From NCBI RefSeq assembly GCF_009914755.1, contig NC_060930.1: a stretch of 64,000 nucleotides of DNA, one strand, 5' to 3'. The position numbers and the translations under genes are program-made. The notes beneath the pieces are model-generated. The model ran no database searches, had not been told where the DNA came from, and saw only the letters and a list, made by a program, of their open reading frames with translations. The DNA comes from the human T2T-CHM13v2.0 reference genome, Homo sapiens. Positions 15,537-31,460 of the stretch are shown here, piece after piece. Every line of letters starts with the position of its first letter. Position 1 is the stretch's first letter.

Positions 15537-17739
15537 CTAAATGCCCATAAGAGAAAGCAGGAAACATCTAAAATTGACACCCTAACATCACAATTAAATG
15601 AACTAGAGAAGCAAGAGCAAACACATTCAAAAGCTAGCAGAAGGCAAGAAATAACTAAGATCAGACCAGAACTGAAGGAGATAGAGACACAAAAAACCCT
15701 TCAAAAAATTAGTGAATCCAGGGCCATGAATTTTAAACACAGACAATGCCACAGCTTATCTGGGTGAACCTTGTGAACCTTGTGAATTAAGAAACAGTTC
15801 ACCTACATTAGGAATTTCAGATCCTGAAAGGTTTATGCCATCCATCCAATTGTATTCTAACCTCAATAAAACTGTAATTCCAAATCTTTCTTTCTCAGGA
15901 ATGGGTATTTGTATCCATAGTGAAAATCATAAAATGAAAACTGTGTGTTCTATTTCTGTGTTATATGTCAGCTAATTATTGAAGATATGGTTAAAGGAAG
16001 GACTATAAAAATATGGTCCTACTGAAATAAATATTTTTTCCCAAATGATTTCTGCAGAGAATAATTTAACTTGTAAGTAAAATTAATCACTTTCTAAATT
16101 ATCATACTGAAAATTGACTCAGAGATTATAAAAATGATCTGGAAGCAAATTTTAAAGTTCTGGAGTCTTCAGGACATAAAGACTATGAAGGAAACAGTCA
16201 TGGTTTTGTCTGTTTCAAAGAGTTTCACTTGAAATGCATTTTTCAACATAATATCAAGAAATTCTTTTGTGTGTGGGTGGGGTGGTGGAAGGGTGGCGGT
16301 GGTGTGGGGAACTTTTCTAAAGTTAAATAAAGGGATTTTAATAATTTATATTTTCCTTCTTCTTCCCCTTTGTTTCTATTAATCAACTAGTGCTTTCAAT
16401 GAAATCAATCACAAAATCACTTATTATTTTAAAAGTTTATCCATTTCTGTCTCCTAAAGAAAGTTGTTCTTAACCTAATCCTTTTAAGATTTTTGTATGT
16501 GTGAATGTATACTCATTATCAACAATGAGACTTTGAAAATAAAAGCATAACAGGAAAATTAAATTAAATTTGCATATATACATAGATATGTATGTATATC
16601 TATATCTGCTATATTTTATTCATTTATTTATTTTTCTCTCAAGAAATTAGAATGATGTGAATTAAAATGCCTATAAAATACTAACAGTGGAAAAAAGTGT
16701 GACTGTAATTTTATACCAGAGCTTTCAGGATGTTTTAAATTTAACTGATCTGTTTTTATAAACAACCCTGTTAATTTATCCTAAAACTTTTGCAAATATG
16801 GATAACTCATACAAGCAACATTTTTTCAACTATTCCAAATGTTTTTAGAATAATCAGTTATTCCTACAGGAGCCATTTCCAAGCATACAAAAGCAATTCC
16901 TAGAATATGTACCATTTGGTAACATCTACATGGCGTTTACTTTTTTCTTGCATTTAGTTCATTTTTGCACCCTCGACTTCATCTATTTGACATTTTACCA
17001 GATGCATAATTTTTGTATGAGAAAAGTATGTTTACATAATTTTAAAAACATGAATCAACTTATCAAATCTAATTTTCCTGAGTTCAAAATTGAGAACAGA
17101 AAATGGTAAAATTTGGCTGTGTCTTAAAATACTCAGTTACCTTGCCAATTTTTTACTAATTATTCTGAAATTAGGTTTAATTTTACAACCAAAACATAAG
17201 ACCCAAATTCTTAACTATCTCATTTGAAAACATATGAGTCTGAAACAAGTGTCTTATACAATCTCAGATCTAAAATCGAATTTCAGAAAGATACAAGAAT
17301 AAGGTGCTATGAAATTAAAGAACATAATCTGGTGGATTTTTATTTTTCTGGAGGACCCTTTCTCCAGGCTGTTGAGCAAGGTATAATTTTCACTAGAGCA
17401 GTTCTGTACTATTTCTGCAACCAGGCATTATAAAAATGTTTTTTCCCATTCAAATTCTGCAACAAGCTAAAGACTTATTGGGAAAAAGAAAAGACAGCTT
17501 CTTGATTCTAAGAATGATCCAGAAAACACCAATTATGGTGCAAAATTAAAGTTTAATATTTCCAAATATAAATATATTTTTTCTCTGTATCCAAGATAGC
17601 AATAACCAGTTATTGCAAGGGCATCTGCATTTTAACAGAGGAAATGAGGTAAGCCATAGGAATACATCTAACAGCAGGACTTCAGGCATCAGTCAACAAG
17701 ACATGGGAGGTCTTCCTTAGAAAAGCAGTGATTTGGCAG

Positions 17740-17900
17740 AAAGAACTCAATGTCAGACAGGCTTGACTTGACTGGTGGCTGAGCCACTTACTAATCCTGA
17801 AACAAGAACAGGGCTTCAACATTTTTCTAAGCCTCAGTTTCCTTATTTCTTAATTTAAAAAAAAAACACTTTACGTGGTTATTTTGATTATCATTTCAAA
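17740..17900 (+). mobile_element. MIR fragment
   Basis: 'gccacttact...ctaagcctcagtttccttattt' MIR core. Confidence 0.55.
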
Positions 17901-18099
17901 CAAGGTAAAGCAGGAAGTAGGTAACCAATGCTAATCTCTATGTGATCCTGCTCAAAAAGTTGGTTTTGCCATCTTTAAAGTATGGAGTTCTCCACCAAAG
18001 CTCTGGCTGAAGAGTCAAATATATATATAATTCAAAGTAGTCTATATATTCCTGGCAAATGATACTTTAAGGAGATTAAAAGAGAATAAAAGGAATGCC

Positions 18100-18330
18100 A
18101 TACATTAATTAAATACCTGCCATATAACCAGACACTATTTCTCCAAGCATAATATATGATAATTCATTTATTCCTGAGAAGTACCCTATAAGATAGGAAC
18201 TATTTTAACCCCATTTTTCTAAGCATAGAAAAATGAATTTAAAGCCAGGGAGTTTAGTCATTTTTTCCAGAAGCCCTATTGATTTTAGTGAGAAATGAGA
18301 TCTAAAGTCCATGATTAGATGAATTTAATA
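18100..18330 (-). mobile_element. MIR fragment
   Basis: 'accctataagataggaactattttaaccccatttt' antisense MIR core. Confidence 0.55.
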
Positions 18331-18459
18331 TTTTTTAGTTATTTTATCATTAGGATATATCCCACAAAACGTGTATATTAAAATTACCCTATTTTGAAAT
18401 CGCTTGGAATTTTATCTTCTCATGTGATTATACCACCGACAAAACATGTTTAGGTTCAT

Positions 18460-19070
18460 TTTTAAATTTTTATTCTTAAGGATTATCCTTTTATTTAATT
18501 ATGTAAAATATTTCCATAGTCCCCAAATTAAGCAAAGCTATATTTTGAGAAAGCTAGCTTTTCAATATTTTTAATATTTTATTTTTAATATTAACAGATA
18601 TATATGTTTTATTTTTAATATTATTTTTAATATTAACAGATATATATCTTTTTTTTAACTAAACAATAGCAAACTGCACAACCTTTCTTTTTGCCTGGAA
18701 TTTTTTCTCCTTTGGATGGGGATATTAACATTTATCCTACTAGTCCCCTGTAGATAGGTACCTAGGTTTCTTCCAGTTTTTGATATTACAAATAGTTCTT
18801 TGAATAGCTTTATGCAAACAAAGTACATATTTTTGGTGATATATGCTTGAGATAAGTTTCTAGAAATACCATTTCTAAGTCAAGAGATAAATGGATATGC
18901 GATCTATCTAGATATTTTGAAATGTCTCATTATAGCGTTTGTGTCATTTGCAATTTCACTAACAATGTAAGAGTGCTGTTTTACCATAACTTCTTCAGCA
19001 AAGTATGTTGTAAGACTTTGTAGTTTTAATTTTTACTCATAGTGAGACATCATCTCAGTGAATTTTTTTC
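18460..19070 (-). mobile_element. Ancient L1M/HAL1-type fragment
   Basis: Diverged antisense L1 3'-region phrases ('aggtttcttccagtttttgatattacaaatagt', 'ttcactaacaatgtaagagtg'). Confidence 0.55.
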
Positions 19071-20806
19071 CTCTCTTCTCTTTTCTCCCTTTATCTCTTT
19101 TATGGGTATAAAACCAGGTTAGTATTACATGATCTCAATCCCAACACCCAAACAATCAATGATTTCATTAACTGTGGATACATTTCCAGTGGGACAATCA
19201 TGTTTTTCTGAGGATTCTAATATTTGGAATTTAAAATACTAGTCTCTGCTGTCACATTGAGATGAAGTTGATCCATGGACCAAGAGCATCATTTTGATGT
19301 AGCCAGGTTTGACATATGGGCACAAATAGCAGAGTAAACAAATTCTTTGGCAAAAAAAGAAACCAGAGGTACAGAGAGCAACAGAAAATGAAATCAAATG
19401 CCCCCAGATGGATGGAAGGAGTCATGTTTATTTGTGTGTCTGATCAAACAAAACTCAATGTGCAAGAATATGGCTTTCTTCATATTTCCACAAGCAAATG
19501 TAATTTCCATTGTGGGCTCCTCTCTGTACTGATATTAGAAAATATTACCTAGTCACTACCTAAACTTAGCAGACATTACTTTGCTCTATCCTGATTTTAA
19601 ATTTCATAAGTTTAGGATTTAAACTCAGTTAGTTGAGGAGACAGAATGTTAATTTAGAACTTCTTCCTTCTCACTACGGAGGCTCTGGAAGCAGGCAGTC
19701 ATTCATGGAATTGGTGGCAAAGGGAATCTGGTCCTTGACCATCTCTTAAAACTAGCCTCCACCGAGATACAACACTTTATATTTGGTCATTTTCACCATG
19801 TGCTATTAATGCTAAGGTCCCTAGGTTTACTATGGTGCCTGTTGTCCAAATTACAGTAACAGAAGTCTCCTTCCCTACTTGAACTCCAAAGCCTTTCGCA
19901 GTCTCTGGCTGCCTTCTTCCACACTTCCCTGGTATCCTGTGAGTCTACCTTTAGGCCTGACTGCCTACTCTATGCTTGCTGTCTTACAGCTGTGCATCAT
20001 TTAGGGTGCAGGGCTTCTTTGCAAGGCCGATGGGATCCTGGGCTACACCTGGAAGCATAGGCCAAGGTATTCTTGCTTTAGGATCCCCTCAAATTTATTT
20101 TTTCTGTTGTCATTTCCTCCCCAGGGGCAAGACTCAAGATTCTTTAGGACTTGGAGGTTTTGGTTCATGACAGTGATTAACACTCCTGTCCTCCTCTCCA
20201 AATTTGGGAGAAAAACATCTCTTGGTCTAGCCCAGAAAAGGCACTTACTTCCTTTTTCGTGTGTGGGAAGAACTATGCACATCTTTCCAATGAAGCCATT
20301 TATGTAGGTCACTCAGGCACACAATAGCAAGACTGTTTCCCCTGGTTCCCTTTTCTCCCACTCCTTCCCTAAAGCAAAGCACAAACAGACCCTGTGAGCT
20401 AAAGGAAACGTTTTGGTGCAGAGTTACATGTATAGTTGCCTGACCCATTAGTCATCAAATCAGACAAGTCCACTCTGTGAATATAGATGACAGAAACTGT
20501 GTTTACCCAGCTGCTACACCTATACTTGAACTTCTAAAGTGGGCAAAACTATATAGCACTTTAAGCTGTGACAGAGCTGGCTCTTGTATTTAAAAATAAC
20601 ATATAAAACTTTAAAAATTGAATGGCTGGATGTGATTAAACAGAAAAGGGATAATTCAGATTGAGTTTGTGTGTTGGTTGTGTCAGGTTTTTCACATGAA
20701 ATACCTCATTTAAGTCTCATAACTATAAAGCAGCTAACAGATATTAGCTGCTTTATTTTGGGGAAGAGGAAACAAGATTGAGTTACTTAAGTTATGATGA
20801 GTCCAC

Positions 20807-21267
20807 TGTTATGGGTTAAATTGCATCCCTTCAAAAGATGTATTGAAGTATTAAACCCGTGGTACTGTGAATGTGATCTCATTTGAAAATAAGGTCTGTA
20901 AAGGTATAATCAAGATTAGATGAGGTTATACTGAATTATGGCAGGCCCCCATATCCAGTGATTTCTATCTTCCTAAGGAAAAAAGATTTGGAGACAATCA
21001 GATGCACACAAAGGGAAAACAGCCACATGAAGTTGTAGACAGAGATTGGAGTAATGAAGTTAGAGCTGAGGAATGCCAAGAATTGCCAGCAACCACCAGA
21101 GGCTAAGAAAAGGCGAGGAAGTAGTCTTCCCTAGAGCCTTCAGCAGAAGCCTGGCCTTACTGACAACTTCAAACTTCTAGCCTCAACTGTGAGAGAATAA
21201 ATTTCTGTTATTTTAAGCCACTCAGCTTGTGGTAATTCGTTACGACAGCTCTGGGAAAACTAATAAA
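20807..21267 (+). mobile_element. MaLR solo LTR (MLT1C-like)
   Basis: Starts 'tgttatgggttaaattgcatccc', contains 'aggaatgccaagaattgccagcaaccaccagaggct', ends 'gaaaactaata'. Confidence 0.88.
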
Positions 21268-21362
21268 ATCCCCCATTCACTGAATGCCTACAAGGTCACA
21301 GACATTCTCCTCACCATCTATTATATGCTACTTAATTTAATTCTCATGCCAACCATCACCTC

Positions 21363-21730
21363 TGCTACAGATTGAAAGTTTGTGTCTCCCCAAAATGTGT
21401 ATGTTGAAAGTTAATCCCCAGTGTGATGGTATTTGGAGGTGGGGCCTTTGGAAGGTACTTAGGTCAGGAGGGCAAAGCTTTCATGAACAGGACTAGTGCG
21501 CTTACAAAATGGACCCCAGACAGCTCTCTTGACCCTTCTGCCATGTGAGGACTCAGTGAGAAAGACAATTGTCTATGACCCAGGAAGTGGGCCACCACCA
21601 GCCACCAAATCTGCCAGCCCTTGATCTTAGATTTCCCAGCCTTCAGAATTGTGAGAAACACAAGTGCTGTTGTTTAAAAGCCACCTAGTCTATAGTGCTT
21701 TTGTTATATCAGCCCAAATGGACTAAGATA
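21363..21730 (+). mobile_element. MaLR solo LTR (MLT1A0-like), apparently inserted in an antisense MIR
   Basis: 'tttgtgtctccccaaaat...ggaggtggggcctttgg...cccaaatggactaagata'; MIR-like sequence on both flanks. Confidence 0.88.
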
Positions 21731-22362
21731 ACCTTCAATTACAGAGATGACAGCAAGGCTTAGACAGGTTAGGTAGCTCACCAGTGTCACACTATTTCAA
21801 AGTGATAGGGCCAAGTTTTTAAAGTTCAGAGTCAAAGAATCTACTATACTATAAATGCCTTTCTAGATTCACACAGCCAGAAAGTGAATTTGAAACCAGG
21901 TTTTCAGATTTGAACTCTTATTGTTAAACAGAATAAAAAGCTAAAATGCCACATTTTCACTACAAAGTTGACATTAACAAATAGAGGCTTGTAGGGATGT
22001 CATTGTAAGGTTCTAAGCATGACATATTAGACAAAGAATTATAAAGAAAGATTGCAATGGAAATATGCTAGTGAGATAATTAACTTAATTATCTTAAATT
22101 ATTTGGTTTTGCTGCAGTTGTCTTGCATTAACTCTAACCACACAAGATGCAGTTAACAAAGATCTTTTTTGAAATTTTTCAATTTTTTTGTTACAGAAGA
22201 TTTCAAAAATATACCAACATAGAATAATATCAGACACCCAAATATATAACATATGATTTCAATAATTATCCATTATTGACCAATCTTCTTTTATTTACAT
22301 CTCTAGCCATCAATTCCAACATAAATTATTCTAAACAGAACTCCTATATTATACCATTTCAA

Positions 22363-22401
22363 ACACACACACACACATACACACACACACACACACACAC
22401 A
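22363..22401. repeat. (CA)n microsatellite, one interruption
   Basis: Seen directly. Confidence 0.97.
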
Positions 22402-22749
22402 ATATTATCTAATTTAGGTATTTCTTCCTACAGAACCACTGTAGAAAAGGGAAAAAGAAAACGAGTTTACCTGACAGATAATCTGGCACCACCTGCTCCC
22501 TACTGTAGCTGGACCAAAGGTTCTGTCCTTCTGCTTCTCCCTTCCTGCCTGGAGAAGGACTCAGGCTACCTTGCCAATCTTAATTCCTCAAGAAAAGAGA
22601 GTAAGTCCTACCAAGTCTAACTAAGAATTAGAAGTTCTTTGCCGGAGAAAGAAAATGGCAGCAGTCACCTCTAGCCATGTTTTTCTAACTCTCTTGATAA
22701 TAAGAATCACCTGAGATTCTAATTAAAACTGAAGGTTCATTCCTGCATA

Positions 22750-22885
22750 TTGCCCCATTGAGCAATAAAATATGGAACTATAATTATTAATTATTTATCT
22801 GAAATAAAATACACAGAACTACAATTATTTATTGTTTATATGGAATTCAAATCTGCTGATATCCTGTATTTTATCTGGCATCTTT
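22750..22885. mobile_element. MER53-like hAT MITE within a MER5-like remnant
   Basis: 'gaattcaaat...atcctgtattttatctggca' matches the recalled MER53 terminus. Confidence 0.55.
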
Positions 22886-25014
22886 ACTGGTAATGATTAA
22901 GAATCATGTTTTTAATATGCACTTCAGGTGTTTCTTGTTACAGTGTCTTAAGTAGAAATTCTGGGCAGTTTCATTTTTAGCCAAGCCTACCCTCACATTT
23001 CCAAGTGACCCTTATAAATGCTCAAATTGGCTGTGTAAATATCACTATCATTGTTACTTACCACTTACGAATACTTGCCATGACTTGCAATCATATTTAT
23101 GTAGATTATTCAGCATGTGTCAGATGAAGTTAATTTATCCTTTGTTGATTATAGCAGTAAATTATTGATTCATAGTTGTTCTTCAAATTTTGTAGATCAT
23201 AGTAATTGTTTCAATTTTAGAAATTAGAAGAAATGTTTCACAACACATGCTGGAAGCTGTAAAAGTGGGTCTTTGGAGGTGGCATGTAATGGTTCTTCTT
23301 GACCTTGAATTTATGACATCACTTGCAGCAAGCTCAGAAATGACAGAATGCGCCAGATCTTGACACACTGTTTTGTCCTCAGAGAATCCTCCTCTCTGGA
23401 ATGTGCTTCTTCTTTTGGTCTGATGAAACACAAACTTCTTGGCTCAAAGGATATATTCAAGGGCCAATTGTTTACAAAAACATTTTCTTGAGGGCTTGAA
23501 AGTAGGGGTCTAGATGATAGATGGTGTTTTAAATGCATTTGCCATGTGTGAATCCCTGGAGGATCAGTAATGGAAGCATTTCCAAAAGTATTACCACTAA
23601 TTAGGAATGTTGGTCTATGAAAAATTAGCCTCAGATACTTTGAAGGCTGGACATGTCAATGATTCCCAGATTTCTAAAGTCAAGGTGTGAGAAACTAATT
23701 GCCAAAAATACAAAGATGGATTTAATAAACATAACTGTGTCCAGCTTCAACAGTCTAGAAGCCCAAGAAAATTTCAGGATTTGATTTAACAGAACTTCCA
23801 TGACCTTTGGTAGCCTTCCATTAAAGAAAAATCAAGCATATTTGATTTAAACAATTCTAGCCTTCAATGATAAATAAAAAGTATCCTTCACAAACATCTG
23901 AGATCTTGTAAAGTTTTTATTTTAAAAGGCCCAAATTTTCTCTAGGGTTTTAAATTATTTTCATAGATTCGAAAGTTTTGGTTTCTCAGGACTAATACAC
24001 TGGGAACAATGAAAGATAAACTAAGAAACTTTCCTCTCGCAGAGCCTCCGGTTAAAAAGAAACATGATTTCTGTGTTCGGTCAGATTAGTACATGAAATC
24101 TACTCAGATTCCACAAAACCATACAGAGTAACTGGCCCCTGACAGTCTCACTATATTTTTACCTTTAAGGTTTTGTTAAAATTTTGGATGATAATGGCTC
24201 TCCCCCAGCATCATTAAATGAGATGTACAATCAATCTTGAGTAAATTAATTGAAGAAAAAAGAACAAATGAATGAACATATCTTGAGTGAAGGACCAGCC
24301 ATTTAATTGTGGGTGAAATTGCTGCTACAAGTTTTTCATATTAACAAGGATGCAATCAGCATAAAGAATGATGATGTTGAAAGTAACATATTTTCCTAAC
24401 TGCATCAGTTACCGTGAAAAAGCAATAAACAATTCTTAAGAAAACCCTTCTGAGCAAATACTTTGGTTGTCCAAAATGAGGAGGAGCTGCCCACCCGAGT
24501 GTTTCAAAATCAGAATGATGACTGTCTTTTTCCACAAGGAGTATGCCAACTCTGAGAAGAGCTATGAGTCATGTCATTGATTGTATGCAGTTCTTGTTCT
24601 TTAAATTTTATTTTCATTACAAGTGTCTGATACTATAAAAATCAAAGGAGGGAAAAAACCTTAACCATTTCAGCAATGAACTCAAGGCCATATATTTGAT
24701 TTTTAAAAATACCTTAAATCTTGCAAAAATCTTAGCTTTACTAATACTCGGATGTAGTGTTTATTTCTGACTATTTTAGTGCATGTCAGTTTACTTTGGA
24801 CTATTTCAAGGCTTTCTTTGAATGTGGACATACTTTTCTTTGTTTGACATTAATTCAAGAAGCTTTATTTTACCACAGGCAATTATTTCCTATTGATTTT
24901 TACTACTAAACTCTTTCTCTTTTAAGACTAGTAAACTTAAAAATTAGTCAAGCTGTCTTAGGTCTTAGAAACTTGCTCTACCCCAAAATTGATTCCACTT
25001 ACTTTTACTCAGTT

Positions 25015-26560
25015 CATCAAGGTAAAGTTTACATACAATAAAATTCACCAATTTTAAGTGTACAATTCAATGAGTTTTGAAAAATGTATGCATTCATATT
25101 TACATATTTCCTCATGCCACTTATAGTCAATCTTCTCTCCCCAGCTCCAGCCTCTGGCAACCCCAGATTTGCTTTTCATCACCAACATTTTGATTTTTCT
25201 AGCCGTATCTCCTAAACATTTGTATTTCGCTTCTTTCACTTAGCAATCATTTTGAGATTCATTCATGTTGTATGTATCACTAGTTTGTTCCTTTTGTTAG
25301 TGAGTAGAATTCCATTCTATAGATATATCACAATCTGTTTACTCATTGAAATGTTGATGGATATTTGGATACTATCAAGGTTTGGAATATTATGAACATT
25401 TATATACAAACATATGTGAGAATATATGTTTTAATTTCTCTTGGGTACCTAAAAGTAAGAATGTTGAATCTCACGGTAAGCATACACATAACTTTATAAA
25501 GAAACTCCAAAATATTTTCCAAGGTGGCTATGGCATTTTTCATTCCCACTAGCAATGTGTGAGAATTCCACCAACAAGAAGAGAAAGACTTTATAATACT
25601 TGAGGCAAGGAGAAAAGTCAATCAATTAATTTTTTAAAAAAGAAAAACCTGCCATTTCCTAACTTTTTATATTGGTTTTGTTTTTCCTGATTATGGGTCA
25701 CCTTTTCCTGCTTTTTTGAATTCTTACATTCTTTGAATTTCCCTGCATTCATAGAAGCAGGAAAACATGACCAAATGGTGGGCAATGTGTATTATGTAAT
25801 TTCATTTTGTTCATTGCTGGATTTTGTTGTATTCTGTTAAAGAGTATTAGAGCTTGTTTGGCCTTTTGTGACTTTCTTTTAAGCTCAGTTAGAGTGGATC
25901 CAGAGCTCCGTTAGAGTGGATTTTTAGGTTAAGGCTAACTTAACTCCATTACCAACACAACATTCTTGTGAGGATTCAACCCAGTGCTGCAGGTATTATG
26001 AGATTTTTCCACTGTCATTTGTAGGAATACGAACTATTTTCTTATCTGCTTGGATTACTGCTTTGCATTATTTTTATTTTGTTTTGTTTTATTTTTGTTT
26101 TCCCACACCTGGGTAATTTCCTCTAGTACATGCCGTAGGTAAGTACTCAGCCAGTGATGAGCTCCCCCAGCACACCACATCCCTGCCCACAGATCTCTGA
26201 AGTTCTTATTCTATGCAACTCCCTCCTCTCTGTCCCACAGATTGTGGCTGTCTTGGATTCCCAAATTCCCAATCTCTGTCTCTACAACTCAGTGAGACTT
26301 TGGGGTTCTGTTTGAGTTTCTTCTCAGCTCACTACATCTTGGGAACTGCCTCGAGTCAGTAAACTGAGGGAATTGTGGCACTCACCTCACCTTATTAGGT
26401 TTCCTTTTCTCAGTAATCATGGTCCTGATGTCTGTAGTTCAATGCTAAAGAGTGGTGCTACTTTTTTGGGTGGCAGGGGGTGGGAATATGGTTTTTTCAG
26501 TCGTTTATGACAACAGGGTTAAACCTGGTCCCTGTTACTTCATTCAAAGCTACAAGTACA
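25015..26560 (-). mobile_element. Ancient L1M (L1ME-like) fragments
   Basis: Antisense L1 3' end 'tacaataaaattcaccaattttaagtgtacaattcaatgagttttga', followed by L1M 5'-region-like sequence. Confidence 0.7.
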
Positions 26561-27559
26561 GGTTCTTCAGGTTTTCTCATTTTACTTTCAGATTTAAAAA
26601 AAGTTATGAAGTAAAATAATGAATGGAGAGTAATATCAATATGGAATACTGATGTCTTCATTATTATATATTTTTACAAATCCTTTACTAAAACAATTCT
26701 CGTGTTGGATTTTTACATGTTAACCTTTTTGTTGAATTTCTCAATACAGCATAATTAGAACTATTTGTGTTGCAATATATTTCAATCATAAGCATTCTTC
26801 TTTAACCTTCACTTCTTTCCAGAAATTTTAATTGCTATATTTTATGTGGTTACACTTTTTATATGTAATTATTTTTATCTCATAGTTCATCCTCTTTAAT
26901 GACTGATATGTAATAGTCAAATTTATCCTAAATTTTAACTTTTAAAAATGGAATTCAACCTTATAATAAATGAAAAAACAGCACCTGGCTCATTCTGACC
27001 TTTCTCTTCTTAATTAGTTCCAATACATTTTTCTTCACAATCATTCTACTTCTGTCTATTCTTTGACTTTATTTATTTTTTCCTCCCCATATTTGCTTTA
27101 CAATTGTTAGTTACATATTCTAATAAATAAATTCATTTGGAGAAGGACTGCCTGGGTTGCCTCTCAAAAAAGTTTTTAGGTAGGTTTTCATTCAATGAGT
27201 AAGAGTTGCTCAATGCTTCATTAAATTTTCATGACCATGTATTATAGAAGGGACAAGCAGAATGGACTCATATTACTGGGAAATGTGAGTTTGTGAGTCT
27301 AAAACTTGCATCAACCCCAGTACAAGTAAGATAATTAGGAGGTGAAAGACTGGAAATTTTAACTATATCCTATAATAGATTCACTTCTACTATCTTCAAG
27401 TCTAAGTTTTCTTTTTTCTTCTGTGTATCCCTAGTAAGATCTCTAAAATACTAGTCATACATAACTTTAAATATGAATATAATTAAACTCTTATCATGAA
27501 AACCTATTGCCAATTTGACACACTTAAATGAGATAGCTACACTTAAAATAATCTCTATT

Positions 27560-30125
<2,566 letters not shown>

Positions 30126-31460
30126 GACATTTATGAAAGCAAAAAGACGTTTTTATATTTTTGCTCTTATCCCAAATGAAAATGTCTCCTTTAATCATGT
30201 TGCAAGAATTTCTTAAGAAGTAATTTACATTTATACTTTCATTACATGACATGCACAAATTCTTCAAAATTCTCATTTGAAGAGTTCCACTGTTATTAAA
30301 AATTATTAAAATTGTTATCATTAATTAATACCTATAATTATCTATAAAGTCAAGGAGGTATGTTGCAAAATAATTAAAGCAAGAAGTAAATGATACTCGC
30401 AACTTTTAAATGAAGGGAGCAGTCCTCTGAAATTTCTTTCTCTCTATCCTCTGTAGTTGTAACAACTTTAATAGGATGTCCAGTACTATAAGCAGATTTG
30501 AAACAGTAAATTAAGGAAATGTATACACGGAGGCAAAAAACAGGAAGAATTAAGGTAGACTAAATGCTAATTCAGGATGAAAATATTTATTTTCATTAAT
30601 AGGACATGGCTAAGAAGCATGAATAAAATGAAAAGATAATCTATTATCTAGGGGGAAAAATAGAAGAAACAAGGGCTAATGTAGCAGAAGAGTAAGCCCT
30701 TTTCTTCCTCTGAGGCACATAAGGAAGGGCAGCAATTGGGAGTGGAAATGAGGAGAACAGTCCTGGGCCAGCTGCTGCCTGTGGGTGGTGAGCTGTAAAC
30801 TGTTGCTACTCCCAGCAGATCCCATGGAACCTGCCTCCGGCCTTCTGCTGGAACTCAGTCTTGTTTAACTCAGTATTAAGAACTGTGCTATATATTTCAA
30901 GAGCCATAAAACAGGAAAGCCAGAAAATATGTCAATAATGCTCAGTGAAATTTATAACCCTTCCCCAAATGATTCTGTTGACCTGCTTTATTTCATGCTG
31001 CTCTTTCTAAATATCCTATTTCAATCATCCAACTTAAAAAAAATCAATTACTTCCTATTGCATGATCTGACATATGAAATTAATGCCTGCTGGTGGTATT
31101 TTTTTAAGCTTTTAATTACATGTCTTGCCAAGGACAGAATTTATGTTTTCTATGAAAACCAGTTTTTTAATATGTTCTTCTCACAGTCAATATAAATACT
31201 GAGAATTTTATGATGCATTATTTTCTAAACTGAACTTTTAGAATGAAACTTCTTCATCTTAAACTTTAAAAGAGAAGGGCAAGTATTTTATCCCTTTGCA
31301 ATGTTAATGTTTTACCTTAGAATGAGCCAAATGGTGTTACAACAATAGGAATGAAATGCAGTATAACTTTAGGTAGAGTACTATACTTTTTTTCCTTTTT
31401 TGGTAATTCAATTAAGAGCACAAATAAAAGGAGTATAATGCAAAATTTCTGCTGATTTTA

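Noticed and set aside
16270-16310. G-rich tract as a G-quadruplex
   Set aside because: Loops between the G3+ runs (8 and 12 nt) exceed the canonical pattern, and there is no promoter context.
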